From positions 6,580,863-6,644,862 of the forward strand of contig NC_057751.1 in assembly GCF_004010195.1 (NCBI RefSeq): DNA of 64,000 nt, read 5' to 3'. Numbering within the stretch: the stretch's first letter is position 1; each line of letters starts with the position of its first letter. A program made the translations under genes and the position numbers. The DNA is from Chiloscyllium plagiosum (Eukaryota). This document shows, one piece after another, positions 61,906 to 64,000 of this stretch. A model generated the notes under the pieces. The model was not told the origin of the DNA. It saw only the letters and a list, made by a program, of their open reading frames with translations, and ran no database searches.

Positions 61906-64000
61906 AGGCACCATTTCATAACAGTAAAAGAAATAGTCACGAGTTGACCACAAAGCTTCAAAGCCTTTGCAATTGTTCTCTGAAAAGTAATAAATATTTC
62001 AACCAGCCATAACCACAGTTAGTTCACAATCCTCTCAGAGATTTCGCCTCGTCTCAATCCGATTGGATTGACACCTGTGCTGAGGGCTATTTTCCTGTGT
62101 TCCAGATTCCCCAGTCAGGGAAAATAAGTGCCTTCAGAATCTTCAAGTGTTCACTTTTCCAAATTTGAAGTTAGCTTCACTCTTAAACTCCTCTGCAGGA
62201 ATCAATATTCCAACCACAATATTCACAGCTCTTAAAACTCATGTCCTTTTAATGTTTTTTATAGAGTGTTTTCTAAGCTCATATGAGTAACAAATTCTTC
62301 AGACTTAAATCAAATGTCATATTTCACAACACGACAAGTGACTCACAGCTATTAATCATTTCCTTTCCTTTGAAAATTAGCACTCTGGATAAGTGTCAAA
62401 AACTACTGAAATGTAACTTGAAAGATATGTTTCCTCTGCTGTTTTTCAATATCCCTCTGGTTTGTTTACTAAATGAATACAACCAGCCATATATGTGCCT
62501 CAATGTAGTTCTCTTGAAATGATAATGCTGACAAGATTGTGGGTTTTTTTAAACTCAGAGAGGAAAGAAATACTGAAAATACACACCACGCACCTGCCAT
62601 GTTGCGACACAATCATTTACAGGTGTTGTTCCCTCAGAAAGGACCTGGACTGATGGAATGCCATTCGGTTCCAATACCAGCTACAATGAATTCGTTCCAT
62701 AAGGATTTATAATAGATGAACAGCAAGTTAAAACTAAGGTCACATTACACATTTGTAATTCAGGTCAATAAAGCAATTGTGGAAATCTTCAGATTAACCA
62801 ATGGACCTTCATGTGAAGACTCCTTAGTTTGTCAATACATAAATAAATGATACCTATACTGCTTCCCATAAAAAGGATCGGAACACAATACAGAAATAAC
62901 TATTGGTATTAGCTAAACAAGACTATTCATAAAGGTGTAGAATTTTGTCAATCACGTATGCGATGGGGAAATAAGGGCAAGACAATTAAACAGCCTCTCT
63001 CTTTACAAACTCTGGAATGCTTCTTACTGCAGATATTATCAGTAAAACTTCCAGGAAAGCTTTATGTCATTCAGTTTGCATCAAAGGATAACACACTGCT
63101 GATTGTGCTGTTCAGCTCAGTGTCCTTTGTAATCACCAGTCTGTGATTCACAAAATGTCAAAGAACTCTATGCCGAAATACATTCAAGTGTTTTAGCTCA
63201 TGAAGCAAATCAATAAGTTGAAAGCTGGCAAGTTCGTTGAGCGAAATTGGGAACAAGTAACCAATAGTCATGATTCCTATCATGACAATCCACGTGAGAC
63301 ATGAACACATGGCACAATTTATTCTCCTTTCGAGCTGTACGTTAACAAAATAAATTGTTGCCAATCATTGCGAATGCAGAAACCATAAAATATTCTAAGA
63401 AGTGAGACAGTCTGTGAACAGAGATCACCACCAAATGATAAAGCACTGATTCAGAATCTGAACCAAATGTTTGTGATTAGGAAAGCAGCTCAGGCTAGAG
63501 GTTAAATGTGAGTACAAGACAGAATGCATTTGATCTCTACCAGAGAATCATGTCCATGGAATGCTTTGGGGTTTAATAATGTTGTGATAGCCCCTGGTAG
63601 AGATCAGAAGAGTTCAGAAGAGTTGGCACAAGGACATGCTAAAGGGGCTCATTTTAACTGTTAGTAATGCCTCCAAGTTGATTGTATTGAATCTATCATC
63701 ATTCATTTTACACTCGAGCTGACTATTAAAATCAGGCCTAAAATGAGTTCCTGGTGGAGGATAATCATGACTATTTTTGTCAAAAATGATCGAACAATGA
63801 AAATGGTTGCGACATTCAGACAAGGTGAAGGTATTTTGGTGGTAAAATGGCAATCTCATGCAGCAAAGCCAAACAGCAATCTGCATGGAAAATGAAAAAT
63901 TTCACTTTGACTCAACTACTGCATAGGCACAACAGTGGGGCAAAGTAGACGTGAGTCTGAAATGTGAGTGTACTGCCCCCAATGTTGGACATGGTTCATT

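Noticed and set aside
1..64000. CRISPR array, rRNA, operon-like or host multi-exon gene structure
   Set aside because: No regularly spaced repeat-spacer array, no rRNA-like sequence, and no consistent chain of coding exons was found. The DNA is eukaryotic and repeat-dominated.

Overview
This is repeat-rich vertebrate genomic DNA. The repeat families (HE1-type tRNA SINEs, HER1/CR1 LINEs, DeuSINE-like elements, Penelope-like elements) point to a shark (elasmobranch); that is inferred from family recognition, not from a database search. I find no convincing host protein-coding gene. The ORFs I can assign are fragments of transposon reverse transcriptase, endonuclease or esterase; the rest look like chance or antisense ORFs, so the window looks intergenic or deep-intronic. 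It contains many CR1/HER1 and L2-group LINE fragments, three near-complete HE1 SINEs, several LTR-like elements, two families of Penelope-like elements (PLEs), a 385-N assembly gap and a multi-layer nested insertion at about 30.7-35.8 kb. Most notable: (i) about a dozen short PLE-derived inserts, many of them palindromic, carrying minimal type-I hammerhead ribozyme cores of three sequence families, each with an extra nucleotide after the CUGANGA box; (ii) an unexplained ~95%-identical inverted duplication of about 180 bp at 41.5-42.3 kb; (iii) a deeply decayed LINE ORF2 (APE endonuclease plus RT) at 49.9-52.4 kb; (iv) several CpG-retaining, motif-dense non-repeat blocks that may be conserved enhancers. 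Boundaries of old elements are approximate.
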